Positions 1 to 7,978 of a DNA stretch of 32,000 bases are shown here, one piece after another; the first letter of the stretch is position 1, and the number at the start of each line of letters is the position of its first letter. The notes under the pieces are model-generated. The model saw nothing but the letters and a program-made list of their open reading frames with translations, searched no databases and was not told where the DNA came from. The DNA is taken from positions 60,001-92,000 of the forward strand of contig NZ_NVQC01000008.1 in the NCBI RefSeq assembly GCF_003044035.1. Direction: 5' to 3'. Both the position numbers and the translations under genes were made by a program. The stretch comes from Candidatus Methylomirabilis limnetica (lineage in GTDB: Bacteria; Methylomirabilota; Methylomirabilia; Methylomirabilales; Methylomirabilaceae).

Positions 1-230
1 ACCTTCTGAGGTCAACCTCAGGTAATGATATGGGTGCGGTTCTTTTGCGACATTCATGAATCACTGCAATAACAGAAATTTTAAGAACTCGCTATCGATG
101 TGAAATTACTGCGCGATGACGCGACGATTGCGGAGTTTGACGCTGTGATTGGCAAGCACCTTCAGTTCTAGCATCGCGGTTGGGCTTCCTGTTCGGTGCA
201 GTGCTGCGCGAGCGTGCCGAGGACCAGGCT

Positions 231-650
231 TTAAGCCTGAGAGATGGGCTTATGAGCCCTAGGCGAGTAGGGTGGAGTGTACAGTTTAAGGCCTGGAATG
301 TGCTTGAAGTGTGTATCGAGGGTATACACCCGGTACCCATGTTCTATGGCAAGGGCACCGATGATAAGGTCTGACAGGGGAAGCGTGACGCCTTTCCGCC
401 GGAGCGAAGCCGAAAACTCCCCGGCTCGCTTCCAGGTTGAGAAGCTGGTTTCCAGGTAGCTGAGACCGGAGAGATTCGAGAGGATCGTATCGGCATCCTC
501 AGAGGATCGGCACCCCTGGAGTAGTTCGGCCAGCACCACGCCCACGAGAACTACCTGTTCAGTGCGGATCAGGGTCCGCAGTGCCGCCCGAGCCGGCTCG
601 TTGCCCCCTTTGAAGTATTCGATCCAGAGAGATGTATCAGCGATGACCAC
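231..650 (-). CDS. vapC: PIN-domain toxin VapC (type II TA ribonuclease)
   Basis: 139-aa ORF. The N-terminus 'MVIADTSLWIEYF' and overall pattern are typical of PIN/VapC. Its start overlaps the stop of the upstream antitoxin ORF by 14 nt. The last ~15 aa (TPPYSPRAHKPISQA) look like read-through into flanking remnant DNA. Confidence 0.85.
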   Translation of the reverse strand: MVIADTSLWIEYFKGGNEPARAALRTLIRTEQVVLVGVVLAELLQGCRSSEDADTILSNLSGLSYLETSFSTWKRAGEFSASLRRKGVTLPLSDLIIGALAIEHGYRVYTLDTHFKHIPGLKLYTPPYSPRAHKPISQA

Positions 651-876
651 GCCAGCGTCCCTCGCGTTCTGCCTGGGCCTTCAGTTCCTGTTCTTCCAGC
701 TTGCGCCAATCGAGGTCCAGGTGGATCTTGCCCTCCAAAGCGAGCAACCCCTCGATCTTCTTTCTTCGAAGAAACTCAGAGATTGCCAGGTGGATGGCCT
801 CCCTCTTCCGCTTGACCCCTGACACGTGCATTAATTCTTTGATTAGCTCGTCATCTAGATTGATAGTGGTGCGCAT
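637..876 (-). CDS. vapB: VapB-type antitoxin
   Basis: The ORF-track ORF is 637..930. I place the start at the internal ATG at 876 (MRTTINLDDELIKEL...) because a strong SD (TAAGGAGGTG) lies just upstream on the - strand. It is a small, charged protein immediately upstream of and overlapping vapC. Confidence 0.8.
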   Translation of the reverse strand: MRTTINLDDELIKELMHVSGVKRKREAIHLAISEFLRRKKIEGLLALEGKIHLDLDWRKLEEQELKAQAEREGRWRGHR

Positions 877-1004
877 TGCAAGCACCTCCTTATGATGCCT
901 ATCATATATGCCTTTAGACAGTGCTGTCAAGGGAATCGAGTGGGCGACAGCCTGTGGCGCTTAGCGCAACGGTGAGTGTGCGATCCCCGGATGACAATTC
1001 GCGA

Positions 1005-1202
1005 TCATCGGTCGACTCGTTCGATCCTGACGGCGTAGACCTTGTACTCGGGGATCTTCGAGAGGGGGTGGAGGGCCGAGTTGGTCAGAATGTTGGCTAC
1101 CGACCCGGCAAGTGTTACGAAAGAGACAACAACCCCTGCTACTCGTACGGCGTCGGTCATCTGGACGTATGCGGTCAGTTCTCCTCTGGCGTCCAGTTTG
1201 TG
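1005..1202 (-). pseudogene. Orphan 3' fragment of a paralogous formate dehydrogenase / molybdopterin oxidoreductase alpha subunit
   Basis: The - strand translation '...ARGELTAYVQMTDAVRVAGVVVSFVTLAGSVANILTNSALHPLSKIPEYKVYAVRIERVDR*' aligns residue for residue with the C-terminus of the intact FdhA at 2748..2945 ('RRGELTAYAQITEAVRAGEVFIPFVKLAESGANILTNSVYDPFAKIPEYKVCAVMIERLGK*'). There is no upstream coding continuation, and it begins 8 nt after the RNB gene stop. Confidence 0.7.
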
Positions 1203-1209
1203 GCCATCG

Positions 1210-2679
1210 TTACACCCGCGCGAAATCGATGAACCCTTGCTCCACATTGGTGTCGATGAGCTCGACCCGGACCCGATCGCCGACGTCAAGCCCCTTGAAC
1301 CCACGGACAACCCTACCCTCTGCAGAGGGGTGAAGGATACGTACCCAGGTCCCTTTCGCGGCCGCACCGGTGACGATGGCGTCGAAGCGCTGTCCGATCT
1401 TCGATTCGAGGAGCAGCGCGGCCGCCGATTTCTGGACCCGTCGCTCGACCTTGCTGGCATTGTCTTCCTGTTCGGTGCAGTGCTGCGCGAGCGTGTTGAG
1501 CTCCTCAAGGCTGTACGGGGCCGCGTGCTCAGCCAGCGTGGCTTTGAGCAACCGCTGTGTGAGCAGATCGGGGAAGCGCCGGTTCGGGGCCGTGGAGTGC
1601 GTGTAGGCCGGAATCGCCAGGCCGAAGTGGCCCGGCGACGTCTGATCTGGCCCCTCTACCACGTACTCGCCCCGACCGATCAGCTTGACGACGGTCAGCG
1701 AGAGATCGGGAAACCGCACCGGGTCCGCCTGGCGCCGGGTCAATAGGAACGCCTCCAGGGCGGCGGCGTCCGGCTCGGGCGGGAGCCGTGCCCCCAGGTG
1801 GGCCGCCAACTCCACAATCCGTTGCCATCGGTCCGGCGAGCGCAAGATCCGGCGCAGGGACGGTAGGCTCCGCGCCTCGAGGTACCGAACCGTCACACGA
1901 TTCGCCGCGATCATGAGATCCTCAATGAGCTCCTGTGCCCGGTCCTTGTCCTCGACGCGCAGATCGGTCAGCACGTCGTCCTCCAACACGGCGCGCGGCT
2001 CGATCGTCTCCAGGCTGAGCGCGCCGTGCATGTGTCGCACGGTCCGGAGTATCTGAGCCACCCGATCCTGAGTGCGGAGCTGTTCGTCGAGCCCGACCAC
2101 GGTGGCCACTCGCGTAGGAGCGGGCCCCCTGCCATCGAGCCAGGCGGCCACGCTGTGATAGGTGAGCTTCGCGTGGTTGACGACCCAGGCGCGATAGATA
2201 TCCGAACTCCCGAGCGAGCCATCCTGGTTAACCACCATCTCGATCACGATGGCCAGACGGTCCTCATCCTCGTTCAACGACGTAAGATCGGTGGAGAGGA
2301 TGAGGGGGAGCATCGGGAAGATCTCGGCCGCCGTGTAGACGGACGTGGTGTTGTGCTGAGCGTGGGCATCGGTGGCGGACCCCTTGCGCACCAGCGCGTC
2401 GACGTCTGCGACCGCCACCAGGATCTTCACCACCTCCCTGCCGAGTGGCTCTGCGACCGTAAGCTGATCGAGGTCGCGGGAGTCGTCATTGTCGATCGAG
2501 CACCAGGGCAGGTGTCGCAGATCTCGGATGGATGGGGTACGCTCGGTTGCCGGACGTGTGAGTCCGCTGATCTCTCTCAAGACCGCAGGTGAAAAATCCG
2601 GAAGCAGTCCACGCGCTATCATCGCGCGGCGCGCAATCGCCTGTAGATCGTGACGATGTCTTTGTCCGGTGTGACTCAT
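1210..2679 (-). CDS. RNase II/R-family 3'-5' exoribonuclease (RNB domain + C-terminal S1 domain, no N-terminal cold-shock domains)
   Basis: 489-aa ORF. It has the RNB motif I 'SIDNDDSRDLDQL' and a C-terminal S1-like 'GQRFDAIVTGAAAKGTWVRILHPSAEGRVV'. An SD (TAGGAGGT) lies ~9 nt upstream of the ATG at 2679. Confidence 0.85.
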   Translation of the reverse strand: MSHTGQRHRHDLQAIARRAMIARGLLPDFSPAVLREISGLTRPATERTPSIRDLRHLPWCSIDNDDSRDLDQLTVAEPLGREVVKILVAVADVDALVRKGSATDAHAQHNTTSVYTAAEIFPMLPLILSTDLTSLNEDEDRLAIVIEMVVNQDGSLGSSDIYRAWVVNHAKLTYHSVAAWLDGRGPAPTRVATVVGLDEQLRTQDRVAQILRTVRHMHGALSLETIEPRAVLEDDVLTDLRVEDKDRAQELIEDLMIAANRVTVRYLEARSLPSLRRILRSPDRWQRIVELAAHLGARLPPEPDAAALEAFLLTRRQADPVRFPDLSLTVVKLIGRGEYVVEGPDQTSPGHFGLAIPAYTHSTAPNRRFPDLLTQRLLKATLAEHAAPYSLEELNTLAQHCTEQEDNASKVERRVQKSAAALLLESKIGQRFDAIVTGAAAKGTWVRILHPSAEGRVVRGFKGLDVGDRVRVELIDTNVEQGFIDFARV

Positions 2680-2747
2680 CTCACCGTCTACCTCCTATAC
2701 CAGCTAGCGCTCTAGCGCGTCGAGCCGAGTCATCGTATGGTTGGCGA

Positions 2748-5450
2748 TCACTTGCCGAGCCGTTCGATCATGACGGCGCAGACTTTGTACTCTGGGATCT
2801 TGGCGAAGGGGTCGTAGACCGAGTTGGTCAGGATATTGGCTCCCGACTCGGCAAGCTTCACGAATGGGATAAAGACCTCTCCTGCTCGTACGGCCTCGGT
2901 GATCTGGGCGTATGCGGTCAGCTCGCCACGACGGGAGGTGAGTCGAACGAGCGTCCCCTGATCGATGTCGAGTCGCCGGGCGTCTTCCGGGTTGATGGCG
3001 ACCTCGAGTCGTGGCGCCAGTTCGAGTAGTCCCTGGACGCGCCGGGTGAGCGTCCCACCGTGCCAGTGGTAGAGGATACGGCCGGTGTTCAGGAGAAACG
3101 GAAAATCGTGATCAGGTAGTTCGGCCGCCTCAGCCGTTTGCACGACGGGGACAAATTGTGCCTTCCCGATGGGGAACGACTCAGCATATAGGAAGCGGGT
3201 GCCCGGGTGATCTGATGTCGGACATGGCCACTGGATCCCCCCTTCCCGGTCTAGTCGGTCGTGAGAGATCCCGGCGAGAAACGGGACCAGTCTCGCCATC
3301 TCTTCGAAGACCTCAGCCGGGTGGGAGTACTCGAACCCCGAACTCAGCACACCAAGCCGTTGGGCTACCCGTCGTGCCAACTCAGATGTAATCCACCAGT
3401 CCGGCTTTGCCTCTCCCGGTGGATCGAGCGCCTTCCTTACTCGCTGAACCCGCCGCTCCGAGTTGGTGAACGTTCCCTCCTTCTCGGCAAAGGCTGCCGC
3501 GGGGAGGAAGACGTGGGCCAGTTCGGCGGTCTCGTGGAGGAACAGGTCCTGGACTACGAGGCAGTCGAGGTTGGAAAGCGCCCGTGTGGCGTGGTGAAGA
3601 TTGGGTTCTGTGAGGAGGGGGTTTTCGCCGACCATGTACATGGCTCGGATCGACCCATCTAGACATGCCTCTATCATTTCAGTAAGCGTTATTCCTGCAC
3701 TGTTGGGAATTCGAACGCCCCAGGCCGCCTCGAACTTTTCCAGGGCTTCAGGAGTGTAGCGCTGATAGCCAGGCAGATGGGTGGGGAGGCATCCGGCGTC
3801 ACAGCACCCCTGGACGTTATTCTGGCCCCTGAGCGGCGAGATACCGGAGCCGGCAAAACCCATCTGTCCGGTGACAAGGGAGAGGTTCAGGAGGGCATGA
3901 ACGTTGGCGGTGCCGTTGGTGTGCTGGGTTATCCCCATCCCCCAGATGAGGCAAGAACCGGCGAAGAGAGGCTTTGCATACCAGCGGGCAGCCTGAACGA
4001 TCTGCTCCTGTGGGACGCCGGTTACCTGTTCAGCGAATTGTAGTGTATACGGTTCCAGCGACTCGCGCCAGGCTTCGAATCCTTCGGTCCGGTTCCGCAT
4101 GAACTCAAGATTCGTTAGCCCTTCATCGATAATCACCCGAGCCATCGCGTTAAAGAGGGTTACGTCAGTACCGGGTCGCTGCTGCAGCCAGAGGTCCGCC
4201 TGGTCGCACAGCTCGATCCGTTTCGGGTTCACGACGATGAGCCTGGCGCCACGACTCACGGCTTGGCGAAGGCGGACGGCGATCACCGGATGGTTCGATG
4301 ACGGGTCGGAGCCGACGACCATGAGGCAGCCGGCCGCCTCGTAATCGTCGTAGGAGTTGGAGGTAGCCCCAGATCCCAGTGAGCGCAGCATTGCCACGAC
4401 CGAAGGCGAATGACAGAGGCGCGCGCAGTGGTCGATGTTGTTGGTGCCCATCACGGCCCGGACAAATTTCTGGACGATATAGCCATCCTCGTTGGTTGCC
4501 TTCGCCGAGGCGAGCGCCCCGAAGCGTCCCCGATTTGTGACCAATCCCTCCGCCGCAGCATCGAGCGCCTCGTCCCAGGATACTGGATGCCAACTCCCAT
4601 TGCGGCGCACCATGGGGGGAGTGATCCGGTCGGCTGCATGGATGAACCCTGTACCGAATCGGCCCTTGACACAGAGCATGCCGAGACTCGATCGATTCGT
4701 GGGGACATCGTCGGCTATCAGCGCGAGGCGACCATCGGCGCGAACGCGAAGGCGTATGCCGCAGCCGACGCCACAGTAGGGGCAGGTCGTCTCGACCTCC
4801 CGCATGACAGGCGCGGGCGCTTCCTTCGGCCGGATGGCCCCCGTGGGACACGTGGCGACGCACTGCCCGCACGAAGTACAGACGGAGGAAGCGAGCGATC
4901 CGTCGCCGAAGACTCCCACCGTAGTCCGGGCGCCTCGCCCCAACAAGGCGATAGCGCCGATCTGTTGGACGTCATTACAGGCTACGGTACAGCGCCCACA
5001 CAGGATGCAGGCATCCCGATCAAGGACGAAGAACGATTTGGTATCGTCCACAGGCGTGTGTCGCCATGGCATATGGCGGCGCTGGAAGAACCCGAGTCTG
5101 GCGCAGGCATCGGAGAGCTGACCAAACCCAGGCCGATTCAACGAGGGGGTCGCCATACCGCACGTGAGGTCAAGGACCCCGTTTCGGATCCGTGTGAGAA
5201 CGGGATCGTTAGTCGAGACCACCATCCCCTCGCGGGCGGGGAGATGACAGGAAGCTGGAAAGCCGTGCATCCCTTCGACCTTGACCAGGCAGGTCCGGCA
5301 GGCACCGAGGGCAGGGCGGTCGGGATCCTTGCAGAGCTGCGGGAGCGGGAGGCCAAGCCGGTTCACGGCGTCGAGGACCGTCGCGCCGGGTTGGACCGCC
5401 ACACTGGTTCCGTTGATAGTCAGACTGACGACCGCATCGCCCATCTTCAT
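2748..5450 (-). CDS. fdhA: NAD-dependent formate dehydrogenase alpha subunit (FdsA/FdhA-like, Cys-type)
   Basis: 900 aa. From the N-terminus: a NuoG-like 2Fe-2S motif (CKDP...CRTCLVKVEG...C), two 4Fe-4S ferredoxin motifs (CILCGRCTVAC, CTSCGQCVATC), a MopB cluster (CPYCGVGCG), an active-site region 'HCARLCHSPS' with Cys rather than a TGA/Sec codon, and a C-terminal molybdopterin dinucleotide-binding domain. Its ATG overlaps the upstream gene's stop (ATGA at 5447-5450). Confidence 0.92.
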   Translation of the reverse strand: MKMGDAVVSLTINGTSVAVQPGATVLDAVNRLGLPLPQLCKDPDRPALGACRTCLVKVEGMHGFPASCHLPAREGMVVSTNDPVLTRIRNGVLDLTCGMATPSLNRPGFGQLSDACARLGFFQRRHMPWRHTPVDDTKSFFVLDRDACILCGRCTVACNDVQQIGAIALLGRGARTTVGVFGDGSLASSVCTSCGQCVATCPTGAIRPKEAPAPVMREVETTCPYCGVGCGIRLRVRADGRLALIADDVPTNRSSLGMLCVKGRFGTGFIHAADRITPPMVRRNGSWHPVSWDEALDAAAEGLVTNRGRFGALASAKATNEDGYIVQKFVRAVMGTNNIDHCARLCHSPSVVAMLRSLGSGATSNSYDDYEAAGCLMVVGSDPSSNHPVIAVRLRQAVSRGARLIVVNPKRIELCDQADLWLQQRPGTDVTLFNAMARVIIDEGLTNLEFMRNRTEGFEAWRESLEPYTLQFAEQVTGVPQEQIVQAARWYAKPLFAGSCLIWGMGITQHTNGTANVHALLNLSLVTGQMGFAGSGISPLRGQNNVQGCCDAGCLPTHLPGYQRYTPEALEKFEAAWGVRIPNSAGITLTEMIEACLDGSIRAMYMVGENPLLTEPNLHHATRALSNLDCLVVQDLFLHETAELAHVFLPAAAFAEKEGTFTNSERRVQRVRKALDPPGEAKPDWWITSELARRVAQRLGVLSSGFEYSHPAEVFEEMARLVPFLAGISHDRLDREGGIQWPCPTSDHPGTRFLYAESFPIGKAQFVPVVQTAEAAELPDHDFPFLLNTGRILYHWHGGTLTRRVQGLLELAPRLEVAINPEDARRLDIDQGTLVRLTSRRGELTAYAQITEAVRAGEVFIPFVKLAESGANILTNSVYDPFAKIPEYKVCAVMIERLGK

Positions 5451-7678
5451 ACCTTTCCAGTGGTATCTGGCGGGATTGAGAGCATCTCTTCAGGAAACTG
5501 ATCAACCGCTGAAAGGAGGGATAGGGGCGCCGATTGACCGAGGCCGCACAGCGAGGCCAGCCGCACCACTTGGGCCAGTTCCTCGAGCTCTTGCCGCCGG
5601 CCAGAGTTCTGAGGCTGCTGAAGGAGCGCGAGCAGGCGACCTGTTCCCTCTCGGCATGGCGTGCATTTTCCACACGACTCCCGCGCATTGAAGGCGAGTA
5701 GTGTCCGAGTGACGTCGCCGATGGAGACGCTCTCGTCGAGACTAACCACACCTCCGCTTCCCGGAGAGAGGTTGCCGCCCGGGACCAGCGGCTCATCGAA
5801 CTGGCTCGGGTGGACGATCACGCCGGATGGTCCACCGACGAGCGCCGCCTTCAGGGGCCGTCCATTTCCACTTCCTCCGCCGATCTCTTCAATCAGGTGC
5901 CGGAGCGTCACGCCCATCGGCGCCTCTACGATCCCCGTTCTGGCAAGATGGCCGGAGAGGCCGAAGAGCTTGGTCCCCCGTCCTCCCCCGAGAGCCGCAA
6001 ACCATGCGGCCCCTCGACTCACAATAAGCGGCACAGCCGCAAGAGTCTCCACGTTGTTGATAACCGTAGGCTTGCCCCACAGCCCTGCCTCCACAGGGAA
6101 CGGAGGTTTAGGGCGAGGCATAGCGCGATTGCCCTCGATCGCTTCCATGAGCGCCGTCTCTTCTCCGAGGATAAAGCCGCCCGCGCCTCGCCGAAGTTCC
6201 AGGTGAAAGGAGAAATCGCTTCCGAGGATCCGCTCGCCAAGCAGTCCGGCCGCCTCAGCCGATCGAAGTGCGGTCCGCATCCGATGGGCCGAGAGATCCG
6301 CCTCACCGTTGATGAAGAGAATGCCGAGGCTGGTTCCAGAGGCAAAGGCTGCCAGGAGGATTCCTTCCAAGAGCCGATGGGGATCACCCTCCATCAGATG
6401 GCGGTCCTTGAAGATTCCAGGCTCACCCTCCTCGCCGTTGATCACGAGGTACTTGGGAGAGCCTGTTGAGTTGCGGCAGGCCTCCCATTTACGCGCGGCT
6501 CCGAAGTACGCCCCGCCACGCCCGGCAAGGCCGGACGCCTTAACCTCGCTGATGACGGCCAGCGGGTCGCCCTGTTCGAGGGTGCGAGCGAAAGCCGCGT
6601 AGCTCCCCTGACGCAAGGCGTCGGCCAGGTCGCTTACATCAACTACGCCACAGCGATCGAGGACAGCTCGATGCTGGCCACGAAGGAACGGCTCCTGGTC
6701 GAGGCCGGAGATTCCGCGCCAGGACGATTCCTGCCAGGCCACCGCCTCAATTCCAGAGGGTGGGCGGTCAGCCTTTAGCGCGGAGACCAACGGGATCACA
6801 TGATCGAGGGTCACCGCCTTGAGCGTAATTCTTGGCCAGCCGGGTCGGTAGAGTTCCACAACGGGAGCGGCGTAGCACATGCCGTTGCAGCCCCCCTCCA
6901 CGACGGTCGCGGACAGCCCTTGGCGCTCAACCTCCTCTGCCAGCCGATCCATAAGGATGTCGGCCCCGACCGACCCGCTACAGCTCCCCACGCCGACGAC
7001 GAGCCTGAGTTCTGAAGGATGCCTCACGAGGCCAGGTCTCACAACGGCCCACGAAAAGGCATCTTCACCCCCTCCTTTACCCTCCCCCCTCGGAGGGGGA
7101 GGGGCCGGGTGGGGGGGATTTTCTGAGGGCAGAGAGGTGAGGGATTGTTCGACAAGCCGCGCGAGGGCAGCCATCGGAGTGTCGCCAGTTGGCTTCAACA
7201 GGGACGGGACTGAGACGAGAGATTTTCGAGGAGATGGAGGATCAAAAATGCGGTCGAGCCGGTCCGTCCCGAGCCGTCCATAGCAGCGGTGATCCACCTC
7301 GACCACAGGGGCCACCCCACACCTGAAGAGGCAGTCGGCCTCTTCGATAGTGACGCTGTGATCCGGCGACGTCTCGCCGGCCATGAGCCCAAGGCGGTCC
7401 TGGAGGGCGTGGAGCAGTGTAAGACCACCCTGGATGCGACAGCTCACGCCTGTACACACCCTAACCAGGCGGGATCCCGGTTTGATAAGGCGGAACTCCG
7501 GGTACTGGGTGGCCACTCCGTACACCTCGCTCGTGGGAACCCGGAGATGTAGGGCTACCACCACGAGGCTCTCCGGACTGAGCCAGCCCTCGGCCTCTTG
7601 CGCCGTTTGCAATGCCGGCAGGAGCCAGGTCCGCTCCCGGGGGAACTGCGCAATTGCGTCGTTGCGTCGTTGCGTCAT
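5447..7678 (-). CDS. Fused NuoE-like (2Fe-2S) + thioredoxin-like ferredoxin + NuoF-like (FMN/NAD/4Fe-4S) diaphorase subunit of formate dehydrogenase (FdsG-FdsB fusion)
   Basis: 743 aa. NuoE-type Cys pattern (CTGVSC...CLFRC). NuoF motifs 'GLAGRGGAYFGAARKWE', 'NGEEGEPGIFKDRHLME' and 'ESCGKCTPCREG'. Translationally coupled to fdhA. Confidence 0.9.
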   Translation of the reverse strand: MTQRRNDAIAQFPRERTWLLPALQTAQEAEGWLSPESLVVVALHLRVPTSEVYGVATQYPEFRLIKPGSRLVRVCTGVSCRIQGGLTLLHALQDRLGLMAGETSPDHSVTIEEADCLFRCGVAPVVEVDHRCYGRLGTDRLDRIFDPPSPRKSLVSVPSLLKPTGDTPMAALARLVEQSLTSLPSENPPHPAPPPPRGEGKGGGEDAFSWAVVRPGLVRHPSELRLVVGVGSCSGSVGADILMDRLAEEVERQGLSATVVEGGCNGMCYAAPVVELYRPGWPRITLKAVTLDHVIPLVSALKADRPPSGIEAVAWQESSWRGISGLDQEPFLRGQHRAVLDRCGVVDVSDLADALRQGSYAAFARTLEQGDPLAVISEVKASGLAGRGGAYFGAARKWEACRNSTGSPKYLVINGEEGEPGIFKDRHLMEGDPHRLLEGILLAAFASGTSLGILFINGEADLSAHRMRTALRSAEAAGLLGERILGSDFSFHLELRRGAGGFILGEETALMEAIEGNRAMPRPKPPFPVEAGLWGKPTVINNVETLAAVPLIVSRGAAWFAALGGGRGTKLFGLSGHLARTGIVEAPMGVTLRHLIEEIGGGSGNGRPLKAALVGGPSGVIVHPSQFDEPLVPGGNLSPGSGGVVSLDESVSIGDVTRTLLAFNARESCGKCTPCREGTGRLLALLQQPQNSGRRQELEELAQVVRLASLCGLGQSAPLSLLSAVDQFPEEMLSIPPDTTGKV
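7065..7122 (-). repeat. G/C-rich palindromic repeat element, copy 1, in frame inside the diaphorase CDS
   Basis: The reverse complement reads 'gaaaatcccccccacccggcccctccccctccgaggggggagggtaaaggagggggtg', nearly identical to the intergenic copy at 8908..8964. The core is an inverted repeat CCCTCCCCC-TCCGA-GGGGGGAGGG. It encodes the linker 'ENPPHPAPPPPRGEGKGGGE'. Confidence 0.75.
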
Positions 7679-7701
7679 CGCGTCATCGCGTCTCTAGCGT
7701 C
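7653..7701 (-). repeat. Tandem octamer repeat spanning the start codon of the diaphorase gene
   Basis: The - strand reads GACGCTAG-a-GACGCGAT-GACGCGAT-GACGCAAC-GACGCAAC-GACGCAAT. The annotated ATG (7676-7678) lies inside the array. Confidence 0.65.
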
Positions 7702-7978
7702 TGAACCAGAAAGACCAAGCAGGCCGGTCAACGAGATAGACCTAGTACGGTACCAGGACAGTCGCATGAAGATCGTCTTCATGTCAAGGGGCATAGTGTT
7801 GCATTGTAATGCGTGCAGTGAGGCCGGAGGAGGTGTGCCTGGATGACAATTATTTTGTTGCAGTTTCGCTCTGAAGGTGTCAAACTAACAAAATAGGGCT
7901 GAGGCTGTCTAGCTCAGTGCGGTGATGTTTGGGCGAGGGCGTGATGCCTAGCGTCTCATTGGAAGGGGGGTTAGTATA

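Noticed and set aside
6-21. Palindrome CTGAGGT-ca-ACCTCAG at the extreme left edge.
   Set aside because: It is too close to the window boundary to interpret. It is short enough to be a chance or terminator fragment of an unseen gene.
1042-1746. 234-aa + strand ORF and other ORFs overlapping the RNB gene (1005..1508 -, 1529..1828 -, 2026..2592 +).
   Set aside because: They overlap the RNB CDS, which has clear domain signatures. Only the last ~65 codons of 1005..1508 are meaningful, and these are kept as the fdhA-like pseudogene fragment.
4165-5501. Long ORFs antisense to or out of frame within fdhA (for example 4410..5501 +, 363 aa; 4165..4872 -, 235 aa). Similar ones lie inside the diaphorase gene (5810..6469 +, 5661..6206 +, 5209..5796 -).
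   Set aside because: They have R/P/G/A-rich low-complexity translations typical of shadow ORFs in GC-rich DNA, and they are fully overlapped by genes with unambiguous family signatures.
7788-7805. Sigma-54-like 'GGGCATagtgtTGCAT' on the + strand upstream of the Lrp-like gene.
   Set aside because: The GG-to-GC spacing is one nucleotide short of the canonical -24/-12 geometry.
7804-7815. The 12-mer TTGTAATGCGTG is shared between the fdh upstream region (7804-7815) and the region upstream of the DUF2249 gene (21085-21096), which could be a common operator.
   Set aside because: A rough expectation for chance 12-mer matches within a 32-kb window, counting both strands, is in the tens. It is not a dyad and there is no further flanking similarity.
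7895-7965. tRNA-like fragment 'ggctgtctagctcagtgcggtgatg...' (the 'tagctcagt' D-loop look-alike) upstream of the Lrp-like and excisionase-like genes. If real, it could have marked an integration site.
   Set aside because: I could not fold a cloverleaf. There is no complementary D-stem (gctc...gagc), no T-arm GTTCGAATC-type loop, and no acceptor-stem pairing.
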